The position numbers and the translations under genes were made by a program. From Macrostomum lignano (Eukaryota), in contig NIVC01002190.1 of NCBI GenBank assembly GCA_002269645.1, positions 62,001 to 126,000 of the forward strand: a DNA stretch of 64,000 nucleotides, written 5' to 3'. Within the stretch, counting starts at the first letter, position 1; every line of letters begins with the position of its first letter. The notes under the pieces were generated by a model. That model was not told the DNA's origin. It ran no database searches and was given only the letters and a program-made list of their open reading frames with translations. Positions 45,091 through 57,007 of the stretch are shown here, piece after piece.

Positions 45091-48000
45091 ATGACTGCCC
45101 CGGCCACATCGTTGCCTGCCTCTGCCGCTGCGGACAGCTGGGGCAGCGCCGCCCGGGAGGCCACGGTCTCTGCCGCGGCGCCAGACGGCTGCCTGCAGCT
45201 CAGCCTGACTGGCGGGGCCGAAAATGGCCAGCTGTGCGCATTGGCCGACATCCGGCCGGACCAGTGCGTCTTCTGGCAGGGCCGGGCCGAGTCTGGCGAC
45301 ATCCTGCTAGAGGTTCAAGGCCACCGGGTCAGCGGGTTCACTCTGCGCGACGCTCGCGAACTTCTCGCCGCCCTGTCTGCCAACGGCGCGCCTGTGGTGC
45401 TGAAGACGCTGCCAGCAGGCCGACTGTCGCCGGATCTGGCCAGGCTGCTGCGCTCGCAGTTCGATGCTGGCAGCCCCGAAGCCGCACTGCAGTCGGTGGT
45501 GCGCGACAACCTGTACCTGCGCACCGTGCCGGTGACCACCCGGGCCAGGCGGGAGAATGAAATCGACGGCGTCGACTACGCTTTTATTGGGGCCGACGAG
45601 TTCGACCGGCTGGAGCGGGCCGGCCGGCTGCTTGAGAGCGGCGTGTTCGAGGGCAATCGCTACGGCACGCCGCGGCCGGCGCCCGAGGCTACCGGCCTGT
45701 TCCGCCGCACTGCCGACGGCGGCGTCGCTGCTGACTCGGCGGCGTCGGCATCGACGAGCAAAGCGGGCTCGCCGAGCCGCAAAGTCAACGCCGTGCAACC
45801 GCAGCCGAGGTCGGAGACGCTGCCAACTGGCAAGGCGGCCAGTCCGGAGGCTGCAGCTGCCGATGCCGCATCAACGGATGACTCGCCTCTGCCTGCTGGT
45901 TGGGAGCGAGTTGTGGATCCCAAATATGGCGTGTTCTATATTGAGTGAGTTCGGGGGAGGGGGTGGATAGCTTTTGGTCAGGGTGTAATTGGGAGACTGG
46001 AGACTAAACTGGATTGGGGACTTAGTGACTGGATATACTATACTAAATAGCGGAGAATGTGCTGGATAGCGGAGAATGTGCTGGATAGCGGAGAATGTGC
46101 TGGATAGCGGAGAATGTGCTGGATAGCGGAGAATGTGCTGGATAGCGGAGAATGTGCTGGATAGCGGAGAATGTGCTGGATAGCGGAAAATGTGCTGGAT
46201 AGTGGAGAATGTGCTGGATAGCGGAGAATGTGCTGGATAGCGGAGAATGTGCTGGATAGCGGAGAATGTGCTGGATAGCGGAGAATGTGCTGGATAGCGG
46301 AGAATGAGCTGGATAGCGGAGAATGTGCTGGATAGCGGAGAATGTGCTGGATAGCGGAGAATGTGCTGGATAGCGGAGAATGAGCTGGATAGCGGAGAAT
46401 GTGCTGGATAGTGGAGAATGTGCTGGTTAAGCTAGCTCGTAAATATCGGAGCTTCTAAGAATTTTAATATTTACGAAAGATCGCTCTGAGCAAAAACGTT
46501 TCTTTATTTTTGAAAGCACTGTATTGTGCACCTGAAATCTAGTGCTAAGGAAATTGCTATTTACTTTGTTGCGACACCATTGCAAAGTGTCCATAATTTA
46601 GTTCGCTCGCTATCTATTTACACCGTGGCGGTATTTTGTTATGCATGCGCAGCCGTTAGTACCCGTTTCTGTACTTAAAATTTGTTATATTCTCTGTTCT
46701 AGCTTGAGCCCGTCTGAGGCGTCACCAGGCGGGCCTGGGTAAGCCAACTCTGGTAGATGTCCCTCGCCTCACATGATGTTTAGTAAGGCCTGCCTTGCAG
46801 TTTAGTATAGTAAAATCTTTAAACTCTAGCCAAGCACTTTCTCCTTACGATCTTGTTAGAAAATTTACCCACGAGAATTCTCTTCCCTTCACGGCTTAAG
46901 GCGAACCAAGCAGCCTCGGCTTTTTTTACCTTCTCCTCCACGTTTTCTGCTTGTCTGCCTTCCCCTCTTTCGCGTACTAGAGAGATCTGGTGGCATTGTC
47001 TGCAGTTGCTGGTTGGCTGTTCCCCCAGCCAGCCCTACTCACCTCCGCTCTGCTAGCCCTCTTCCCCAACGTTTTTTCCCCATTTGAGGTGTACTCCTCG
47101 CTTCCTCACTCCCCCTAATACATGCAAATTGTTGACTTTCCTCCCATTGCCGGCAGTGACTAATGCCGCCCAGCCCTTGTCCTTGCGTGCCGTTGGCTGC
47201 TATGGGGAGAGGGAGGGAGACACTTCCTATTGTTGAAGGGTGACATTGCTAAGATAGGAAATGGAAATCCCCAGCCAGCCAGAAGCCGCCGGCTACAAAT
47301 TGTACGCACGCGTCTTCCGTGGATTGATTCTTTTTTTAGGCATAAAAATCTGAGACAATTTTTGCCAAAGAGGACTCCAGACTTGTAGGTTATTTAAGGT
47401 AGACTGCGATTGTAGCTATTTGTAGATCTTATATCTTATTGAAAATAACTTCAATCTACCTTTTTATCCTTACACTAACAATAAAGCAGATTTTTATTTT
47501 GATTTTTGTACACAAAAATGTTGAAAATTTATCCAAAATCTAACATTTACAAATAGATCTATTAGTATTGCTGGTTTTAAGGAGCCTACTAATCGCAAAA
47601 ATGTAAGTTCTGAAGGATTGTGGTAATTGATTTCTTGGAAAATAGCTACGAGCTACTTGAAGTAGAAGTCTTTTTTATCATCATAGATGCCAGGTTTCTA
47701 TGGTCATAGATGCCAGTTGTTTATGGTCATAGATGCCGGTTGTTTATGGTCATAGATGCCAGGTTTTTATGGTCCTAGATGTGGGTTGTTTATGCTCATA
47801 GATGCCGGTTGTTTATGGTCATAGATGCCAGTTGTTTATGGTCATAGATGCCTGTTGTTTACGGTCCTAGATTTCAGGTGTTTATGGTCATAGATGCCGG
47901 GTTTTTTATGGTCCTAGATGCCAGGTTTTTATGGTCCTAGATGCCAGGTTTTTATGGTCCTAGATGCCAGGTTTTTATGGTCCTAGATGCCAGGTTTTTA

Positions 48001-50306
48001 TGGTCCTAGATGCCAGGTTTTTATGGTCCTAGATGCCAGGTTTTTATGGTCATAGATGCCGGTTGTTTATGGTCATAGATGCCAGGTGTTTATGGTCATA
48101 GATGCCAGTTGTTTATGGTCATAGATGCCGGTTATTTACAGTCCTAGATTTTAGGTGTTTATGGTCATAGATGCCAGGTGTTTATGTTCATAGATGCCAG
48201 GTGTTTATGGTCATAGATGCCAGTTGTTTATGGTCGTAGATGCCGGTTATTTACAGTCCTAGATTTTAGGTGTTTATGGTCATAGATGCCAGGTGTTTAT
48301 GTTCATAGATGCCAGTCTTTCTTATCATAGATGCCAGTTTACGGTCATGGATGCCAGCTATTTATTACCATAGTAGTTACAGCCATAATAGCCGTCTATC
48401 ACCTCAGAGTTAAGGAACCTAAGCTACCCATTTATTCCACTTTTCTCTTGAGCAGTCATTTCAACCGGCGCACCCAGTACGACCGGCCCACCGCGGCCTC
48501 CACCGGAGCCTCGGCCACTCTAGACGGTTCAGCAACCTCATCCGCTTCCATGCCGCACTCGCGATCCTGCACTAACGGTCTGGCGCTCAGCAGCGGCGAT
48601 TTGAGACCGGCGCGTCACGTTCGAATGGCCCCGTCCATCTCCGTGTCTGATGTGGCCTCCGTGTCCGCCCTGCCTGGTGAGTGGCTGACAATGACAGTTC
48701 AGTTCCGCGTTTCCGAAAAACAGTTCCGCGTTTCAGTTAACCCAATATCCCCTGTAGCTCTCCCATCATCCCACGTCTCCAATTATCCCAATATCCCCTG
48801 TAGCTCTCCCATCATCCCACGTCTCCAATTATCCCAATATCCCCTGTAGCTCTCCCATCATCCCACGTCTCCAATTATCCCAATATCCCCTGTAGCTCTC
48901 CCATCATCCCACGTCTCCAATTATCCCAATATCCCCTGTAGCTCTCCCATCATCCCACGTCTCCAATTATCCCAATATCCCCTGTAGCTCTCCCATCATC
49001 CCACGTCTCCAATTATCCCAATATCCCCTGTAGCTCTCCCATCATCCCACGTCTCCAATTATCCCAATATCCCCTGTAGCTCTCCCATCATCCCACGTCT
49101 CCAATTATCCCAATATCCCCTGTAGCTCTCCCATCATCCCACGTCTCCAATTATCCCAATATCCCCTGTAGCTCTCCCATCATCCCACGTCTCCAATTAT
49201 CCCAATATCCCCTGTAGCTCTCCCATCATCCCACGTCTCCAATTATCCCAATATCCCCTGTAGCTCTCACATCTTCCCTCATCTCCAATTATCCCAACAT
49301 CCTCTGTAGCTCTCCCATCTTCCCTCATTTCCATTTATCCCAATATCCTCTGTAGCTCTCCCATCTTCCCACATCTTCAATTATCCCAACGCCAACATCC
49401 TTTGTAGCTTCTCCCATCTTCCCTATCTTCCCTTCCCCTTCCCAGCTTCCCATCAATTCATGAAATGCTGAACTGTATAATTGTTAGCAACAAAAATGTT
49501 TATGCTTTAATAATATGGTACATACGACTAAGCTACTTATAGTAGTTTCACTGCCAATCTATCATTGCAGCCGCCCGCCAAGAGCCGGTGTTCACGCCGA
49601 ACCCGGCCCGCTTATGCGGACCCTTCCAGACGGTGTCGCTGGTCAAAGCGGCCACCGGCTTGGGCTTCACCATAGTTGGCGGCGGCGAGCGCGGCCAGCC
49701 GGAATTCCTCCAAGTCAAAGGCATCGTGGCCGGCGCTCCGGCGCATCGGGATGGCCGGCTGGCCACCGGCGACGTTCTGATGTTTGTCAACGACACGCTG
49801 GTGCTCGGCTTCACCCACGAGGACGTTGTGGAACTGTTCAGCTGCTTGGAGCCCGGCCGCGCCGTTGCCCTGACTGTCAGCAAGGCCTACCGCCTGCCCC
49901 GCAGTGCCAATGACCCCACAGCTCAGGTCATCACCAAGCTGGCCGTGGGTCCCGCCGGCTATGGCGGCTCCATTCAAGACGTGCAGTCAGCCGCGATTCG
50001 TTCTACCAGCTCGGCCAGCAACTCGGTTGAGCTGGTCAAGCTGGTGCTGCCCAGGACCAACACCGGGTTCGGCTTTACCATTGCGGATTCTGCTCAGGGA
50101 CAACGGGTGCGCCTCATTGTGGAGCCCGACCGCTGCAGGGGACTGCGGGTGAGTGCAGGATCGTCTCTCGGGCGAAATCAGTGCGGGCTGATTTTAGGCC
50201 TGACGAAGAGCCCAGAGGCTTGAAACCGGTGGCCATTTCCTATATACTCAAATTTAGAACTCAATATGCCGTGACCTCCCCTCTCTGTCTCTCTTTACCT
50301 CCCCCC

Positions 50307-50375
<69 letters not shown>

Positions 50376-53300
50376 TATCTCCTCTCTCCCAACCTCGCTC
50401 TACCTCTCAAGCTCTCCCTCTCATCTCTCTCTACCCTGGGGAAGAGCATGAAATATTCTAACTATCGCCACTTACTTCGCTTAAACATCTGCGTTACCGC
50501 GTCAGTGCTTTTGAGTACTCTTTGAGAACTCTTTCATCTCTTTCTCTCTCCGTAGCTAAGCAGTGTTTTTTAAGTTAAGCAAATTTGGTCGTGGATAGTA
50601 CGCAGCTGTATAGACTTATTAAGCTGCGGTAGAAATACACAGTGCAAGTATTTACACCATGCTGTACAATGCACAAAGTTGAGGCAGTTCCAGGACACCA
50701 ACTGTGATTGTTAAAGCAAGCCCTGATTGATCCACGCAAAACTTAACTAATTAACTCGCAGTATTGACTACTCATTTATAATTGAATAGTAAGCCAGGCT
50801 CCTCATTTGCAATGCACTGAAATTACTACTCAGTCTCGGGGCAAAATGCAATCTTATTTATGACACCTTTGAGTCTCTGACGCCCTGTTTTACAACTTAA
50901 ACAGCATATGTTAACTATGCTACTGTTAGTAGAGTAGTTTAGACTAGTTTTCATAATGATTTAAATTTCCGATTTTCCCCTCTAACGCAGACTGGAGACA
51001 TTCTAGTGGAGATCAATGCCCGCCGAGTCAAGGAGCTGCCGCATGCCGACGTTGTCCGGATCCTTAGCGACTGTCCCGTCGGCTCCGACGCCACCTTCCT
51101 GCTGCAGCGCGGCTGCCCCACCCTGACCAGCGCCGACCTTGCATCCTCCTCCGCATCCTCCTCGTCTGCCGCCGCTGCGGTCGCTACCGTTGCTTCAGCA
51201 GCCGCCGCCGCTGCCTCCACTCGTTCGGCTCCGTCGCCAATGCCACCAGTGCTGACTGGCAAAGGCCAGGAGTCTGGGCGGGCTTCCGCGACTGCTGCTG
51301 TCACTAGCAGCTCGACTAGTGAGTGCTCTCTGTGCTTGATTTGAATCAGTTAATTCTGTATTATTGCAATGTAAGATTGAGTGAGATTTTGACGATTGAA
51401 GTGTGATATTGGGTGAGATCTTAACCACTCAAGCGAGAGATTTTGACCATAAAAAATTAGAGTGTGAGATGGGTGAGATTTTGACCCATGTAAGTGTGGT
51501 ATTGGGTGAGATTTTGACCATAGTGTGAGATTGGGTGAGATTTTGACCCACGATAGTGTGAGATTGGATAAGAATTTGACCACTGAAAGGTGAGATTTTG
51601 ACCATCTAAGTGTGAGATTGGGTGAGATTCTTACCATCAAAGTGTGAGATTGGGTGAGATTCTTACCATCAAAGTATGAGATTGAGTGAGATTTTGACCA
51701 TTGAAGTGTGAGATTGAGTGAGATTTTGACCATTGAAGTGTGAGATTGAGTGAGATTTTGACCTATGAAAGTGTGAGATTGGGTGAGATTTTGACCATTG
51801 AAGTGTGAGATTGAGTGAGATTTTGACCATTGAAGTGTGAGATTGGGTGAGATCTTAACCACTCAAGCGAGAGATTTTGACCATAAAAAATTAGAGTGTG
51901 AGATGGGTGAGATTTTGACCCATGTAAGTGTGGTATTGGGTGAGAATTTGACCCATGTAAGTGTGGTATTGGGTGAGATTTTGACCATAGTGTGAGATTG
52001 GGTGAGATTTTGACCCACGATAGTGTGAGATTGGATAAGAATTTGACCACTGAAAGGTGAGATTTTGACCATCTAAGTGTGAGATTGGGTGAGATTCTTA
52101 CCATCAAAATGTGAGATTGAGTGAGATTTTGACCCATGAAAGTGTAAAATTGGGTTAGATTTTGACCATTGAAGTATGAGATTGAGTGAGATTTTGACCA
52201 TCAGAGTTGAGTGTGAGACTAAGTAAGATTTTGACCATCAAAGTATGAGATTGAGTGAGATTTTGACCATTGAAGTGTGAGATTGAGTGAGATTTTGACC
52301 ATTGAAGTGTGAGATTGAGTGAGATTTTGACCTATGAAAGTGTGAGATTGGGTGAGATTTTGACCATTGAAGTGTGAGATTTAGTGAGATTTTGACCATT
52401 GAAGTGTGAGATTGAGTGAGATTTTGACCATTGAAGTGTGAGATTGAGTGAGATTTTGACCTATGAAAGTGTGAGATTGGGTGAGAATTCAGTTGGCACG
52501 GGATTACAGTCCGAAGTCCGAGATGGGATAACTTGAACTGAAAGTGCTAATTTACCTATAATCCCTCTACCGCGCCCAGGCACTTTCGGTCCTCCCGGCT
52601 CCACAGCCACTCTGAGCAAGTCCGCCAGCTCAACTCGGCACTCGTCGTCCAGCGGCGGCAGCGAGTTCGTCCGCCGCGGCATCCTTCGATCCTCTCGGCC
52701 CGAGGCTTCAACCATCGTGCAGCATCAGCAGCACGTGGTCGCCTTCCCCACCAGCCAGCGGCCCAGCCCGCCAGCCAACGGTAACCATGGCAACAGCAAC
52801 AATGGCAACAGCCGCGACGTAACTGTCGCCCGCGCACCAGACGAAGGCTTCGGCTTCGTGATAGTCAGCGCCGTCACTCGCCAACCGGACGGCACCTCCG
52901 ACATTGGCGAATTTGTCGGCGAAGTTGTTCAAGGCTCGCCGGCCTCCCGCTGCCTGCGCAAAGGCGACCGAATCTTGGCAGTGAACGGCACCGACGTGGC
53001 CCGCCTGCACCACGAGGACATTGTGGCAATCGTGCGGGAGAGCGGTCTGGCTGTCACCCTCACCATCGGTCCGCCGGCCCCTACCGCTCAGGCCGGCGCC
53101 ATTGCAGCCGCTGCTGCCGCTGCCGCCGCAGCGTCCACCGCTTCCGGTGGCGGCAGCGTCGGCCGGGCCAGCTTCAGCTCGGTTGCGTCAACCGGCGATT
53201 CGTCGACTGCCGCAGCGGCGGCCGGCAGGCAGAGCGGTGGCGGCGGAGGCGGAGGCGGTGGTGGCGGTGGCAGCTTGAAGATCCTGCCTACAGCGGCAGC

Positions 53301-53646
53301 CTCCTCTACAGCTGGAGCCGCCGGCAGCTGCGAAGAGTTCGAAGTCGAGCTCCGCCGCACGGTGAAGGGCTTCGGCTTCTCCATCCGCGGCGGCGCCGAG
53401 TTCAACCAGATGCCGTTCTACGTGCTGCGCATCGCCGATGGTGGCGGCGCCGCCGAGAATGGCCGCCTGCGCGTCGGCGACGAGATTCTGGCCATCGGCG
53501 GGCGGAGCCTTCGGGGCCTCACTCACACGGAGGCTGTACAAGTAATCCGCGGTGCCGGCGACGCTCTGCGGCTCCGATGCCGGCGGGGCAGCAACGGCCC
53601 GGCAAACGGCGGCGCACCGGCTGCGCCTTCCGAGTCGTCGGCTTAA
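45091..53646 (+). CDS. MAGI: MAGI-family scaffold (PDZ0-GuK-WW-PDZ x4)
   Basis: Exons ~45091(first in-frame ATG; frame open from 44983)-45944, 48456-48676, 49571-50148, 50991-51318, 52580-53646; phases 2,1,0,1 match. Motifs DNLYLRTVPVTTR, ESGVFEGNRYGTP, PLPAGWE..YID|HFNRRTQYDRP, GLGFTIVGG, GFGFTIADS, GFGFVIVS, GFGFSIRGG. Confidence 0.95.
46047..46428. repeat. 19-bp minisatellite GGATAGCGGAGAATGTGCT
   Basis: Direct. Confidence 0.97.
47680..48350. repeat. ~23-bp minisatellite ATGGTCATAGATGCCAGGTTTTT
   Basis: Direct. Confidence 0.95.
48740..49400. repeat. 46-bp minisatellite CCCAATATCCCCTGTAGCTCTCCCATCATCCCACGTCTCCAATTAT
   Basis: Near-perfect units that degenerate at the right end. Confidence 0.97.
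50196..50235 (+). ncRNA. Minimal type-I hammerhead ribozyme-like motif (probably inactive)
   Basis: GGC-CTGACGA-ag-AGCC-caga-GGCT-t-GAAA-CCGGT-G-GCC: both core boxes, stem II hairpin, palindromic stem III; the cleavage-site base is G rather than H. Confidence 0.4.
51375..52487. repeat. 32-bp minisatellite GTGAGATTTTGACCATTGAAGTGTGAGATTGA filling MAGI intron 4
   Basis: Direct, with an internal block duplication. Confidence 0.95.
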
Positions 53647-53824
53647 CGATAATTAAGCCGTGTCTTTACTTGAAAGCGCCATAATAGGTAGAATTGGTGA
53701 ACTTTTCCAAAGAATTTAGTAAACTTCAATATCTCTTCAAAGAGTGTCCCCTAATGCTTAAGTTTGTGTGGCGTTGGCGTCAAAAATTGGGGTATCTAGC
53801 ACCAAAATGTGCGAAAGTTGGCGC

Positions 53825-54425
53825 CAAAAGATGATGTAGGGAGGCGTCAAAGAATGATGTAGGGAGGCACTAAAGAGATAATGTAGGGAGGCGCCAAAAG
53901 AAGATGATGTAGAGAGGCGCCAAAAAGATGCTGTAAGGAGGCGCCAAAGAGATGATGTAGGGAGGCGCCAAAGAGATGATGTAGGAAGGCACCAAAGATA
54001 ATGTAGGGAGGCGCCAAAGAGATGATGTAGGGAGGCACCAAAGAGAGATGATGTAGGGAGGCGCCAAAAAGATGATGTAGGGAGGCACCAAAGAGATGAT
54101 GTAGGGAGGCACCAAAGAGATCATGTAGGGAGGCGCCAAAGAGATGATGTAGAGAGGCACCAAAGATAATGTAGGGAGGCGCCAAAGAGATGATGTAGGG
54201 AGGCGCCATAGAGATTATGTAGGGGAGCGCCAAAGAGATGATGTAGGGAGGCGCCAAAGAGATGATGTAGGGAGGCGCCAAAGAGATGATGTAGGGAGGC
54301 GCCAAAGAGATGATGTAGAGAGGCACCAAAGATAATGTAGGGAGGCGCCAAAGAGATGATGTAGGGAGGCACCAAAAAGATGATGTAGGGAGGCGCCAAA
54401 AGATAATGTAGGGAGGCACCAAAGA
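53825..54425. repeat. 24-bp minisatellite GGCGCCAAAGAGATGATGTAGGGA
   Basis: Direct. Confidence 0.96.
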
Positions 54426-54980
54426 CCCACAAAATGATGTATTGAGGTGCCAAAGAGATGCTGCAGATGTAGAAAGTCGCAAAACAGTTGGCTCGAACTC
54501 ACAGCGCTACAAAATAATTCAGCGTTCAGGCTTTAACAGTTAAATTGGCGGCTGTGCCTTCAGTGTCCTGTACATTGTGTATGTACCAGCCTAATGGCGT
54601 AGTATCTGTACAAGCAGTGCTCATTTCAGCTGTACATAAAAACCACATCAGCTTTTGTATATAAAACTGGCATGCGTGTTTTTTTTAAAACTGCACTTCC
54701 TGTTCCGGTTCGAATCTGATCAAAAACCTCATTGTTAAAGTTTGAATAAAATTCATCTGGATCTGTCTGACTTCTTTGTGTCGCATTTAAGTCGCATGAA
54801 TTTTATTAATTTTTTCCTTCTCTCTCATTTCCCCGCGCGACACCGTTTTTAGCAATGCAGCAACCGTTTCGTTCGTTCGTTCGTATTTTAATTTTTTTTT
54901 GGTATAGAAAAACATGCCTCCTTTGCATGTTTGACTTTTCGCACTCTTGAGATTTGCTGCTCGAAATGAAACTCTTAACC

Positions 54981-55585
54981 CGAGGGTCAGCAAACTTTTG
55001 AAGCTCCTCTTGGTTGGTTGGTGTCTCTTTTCAGCTCTTCTTTTCTCTCCTCTCTCTCCTCTTATCTCCTCTCTTCTCGCTTCTCTCCACTCCCTTCTCC
55101 TCTCAGGCTCCCCTCTCCTCTTTCTACCCTCTGCTCTCTACTCTCTCCCCTCTTCTCTCTCCTCTCCGCTCCCCTCTCTCCACTCTCCACCCTCTACCCT
55201 CCCTTCTCTCCCCTCTCTCCACTCTCCACCCTCTACCCTCCCTCCTCTCCCCTCTCTCCACTCTCCACCGTCTACCCTCCCTTCTCTCCCCTCTCTCCAC
55301 TCTCCACCCTCTACCCTTCCTCCTCTCCCCTCTCTCCACTCTCCACCCTCTACCCTCCCTCCTCTCCCCTCTCTCCACTCTCCACCGTCTACCCTCCCTC
55401 CTCTCCCCTCTCTCCACTCTCCACCCTCTACCCTCCCTCCTCTCCCCTCTCTCCACTCTCCACCGTCTACCCTCCCTTCTCTCCCCTTTTCTCTCCTATT
55501 TTCTCCCATCTCTCATCTTCTATTCCGCAGCCAAGAGCTGGATTTTTTATCTGGCCCATGAAGTACAACAGTTTGTCGACCCCTG
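54981..55585. mobile_element. Non-autonomous hAT-type (Charlie/Buster-like) element containing a 39-bp CT-rich minisatellite
   Basis: Ends CGAGGGTCAGCAAACT and AGTTTGTCGACCCCTG (imperfect TIR); 8-bp TSD TCTTAACC/TCTTAACT with a central TA; array ~55130-55480. Confidence 0.72.
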
Positions 55586-56224
55586 TCTTAACTCCTGAAG
55601 CTTCTTTGTCTTCGCGTCTGTCGGTTTGTAATGAAGTTTTTCTTAGAAATATTCCACCACAGCTGCTGGTGTTTTTTTCAACACGTTAATTCCGTCATTT
55701 TCCTTTCGAATTTTTGCTTTACATAACTGACCGCTTTTTTCTCTGCTTTAAGTTTGGCGTTTGTTTCAGCTTCAGGTAGAAGTCCCTGTCTAGCATAGCA
55801 TGTATCCATCACACTGTCTGGTGTAGCTCTTGTGCGTCTTCTTCTTTTGCGTTTTCTTTTATTTGTGAATGAAAGTTTTTTTTGGCACACCTTTTTATAT
55901 TTATATACATCTATAAATATGGTTTATTTAATTTTATAGTCGATCAATTCTGATTGCTAGAATCACCGCCTAATAATGAAACCATGTTTATGTTTTTACT
56001 CAACTGGACTCTTGTCTGCTCCACAAGCTTTGTTAATACTAGTAATTATATTGTTTATAAAATTATATTTATATCTATACATACTATTATAGTAATATTT
56101 GATTGCGATAAAAAATGTGGCTCCTGGTTCGATCCTGGGTGTGTTCTTTCATTTTCTGTTGCTAACGGGCATGATGATGTAAAAGTGCGTCTCAGACATT
56201 CGCTTTGCTGCTGAGCTGCATGGA

Positions 56225-56850
56225 TTTCGTGGCTTTATCTATTATTTGAGATCAGGATCTGGGATTTCAGATTGGGATTTGGGATCTGGGATTTAAGTTG
56301 GGATTTTAGATTGAGATCTGGGATTTCAGATTGGGATTTGGGATTTGAATTTGGGATCTAGTATATCAGTTAGGGATCTGGGATTTCAATTTGGGATTTG
56401 GGATTTCAGATTGGGATTTGGGATCTGGGATTTCAGATTGGGATCTGGGATTTTATATTGGGACTTGGGATTTCAGATTGAGATTTTGAATTTCAGATTT
56501 GGATTTGGGATCTAGGATATCAGATAGTCCAATATACTAAATAGGGATCTAAGATTTTAGATAGGGATTTGGGATTTAAGATTTCATTTTGGGATTTGGA
56601 ATTTCAGATTGGGATCTGGGATTTCAGATTGGAATCTGGGATTTCAGATTGGGATTTCAGATTGGGATTTTAGATTCGGATCTAGGATTTCATATTGGGA
56701 TTTTGAATTTCAGATTGGGATCTGGGATTTCAGATTAGGATCTGGGATTTCAGATTGCAATTTGATTTCAGATTTGGATCTGGGATTTCAGATTAGTATT
56801 TGGGAGCTGGGATTTCAGATAGGAATTTTTTTCAGATTGGGATCTGGGAA
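56225..56850. repeat. Degenerate ~20-bp minisatellite GGGATTTCAGATTGGGATCT
   Basis: Direct. Confidence 0.9.
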
Positions 56851-57007
56851 TTACAAGGACTCTGGAAGCAGACCATTGTTTTGCCCCTATCGAAAATAAT
56901 CTGCCTTCGCATGCCAAGTGCGAGTCGAATCAGTTAAACTCTCACATTTCGTTTCTGCTTGAGACTAGCGCCTACATATTAATAGATATATTTTCTAAGC
57001 CGAAATT

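Noticed and set aside
46433-47656. TAGCTCGTA / TACGAGCTA inverted 9-mers as TIRs of a 1.2-kb element
   Set aside because: Too short, no TSD or coding remnant seen
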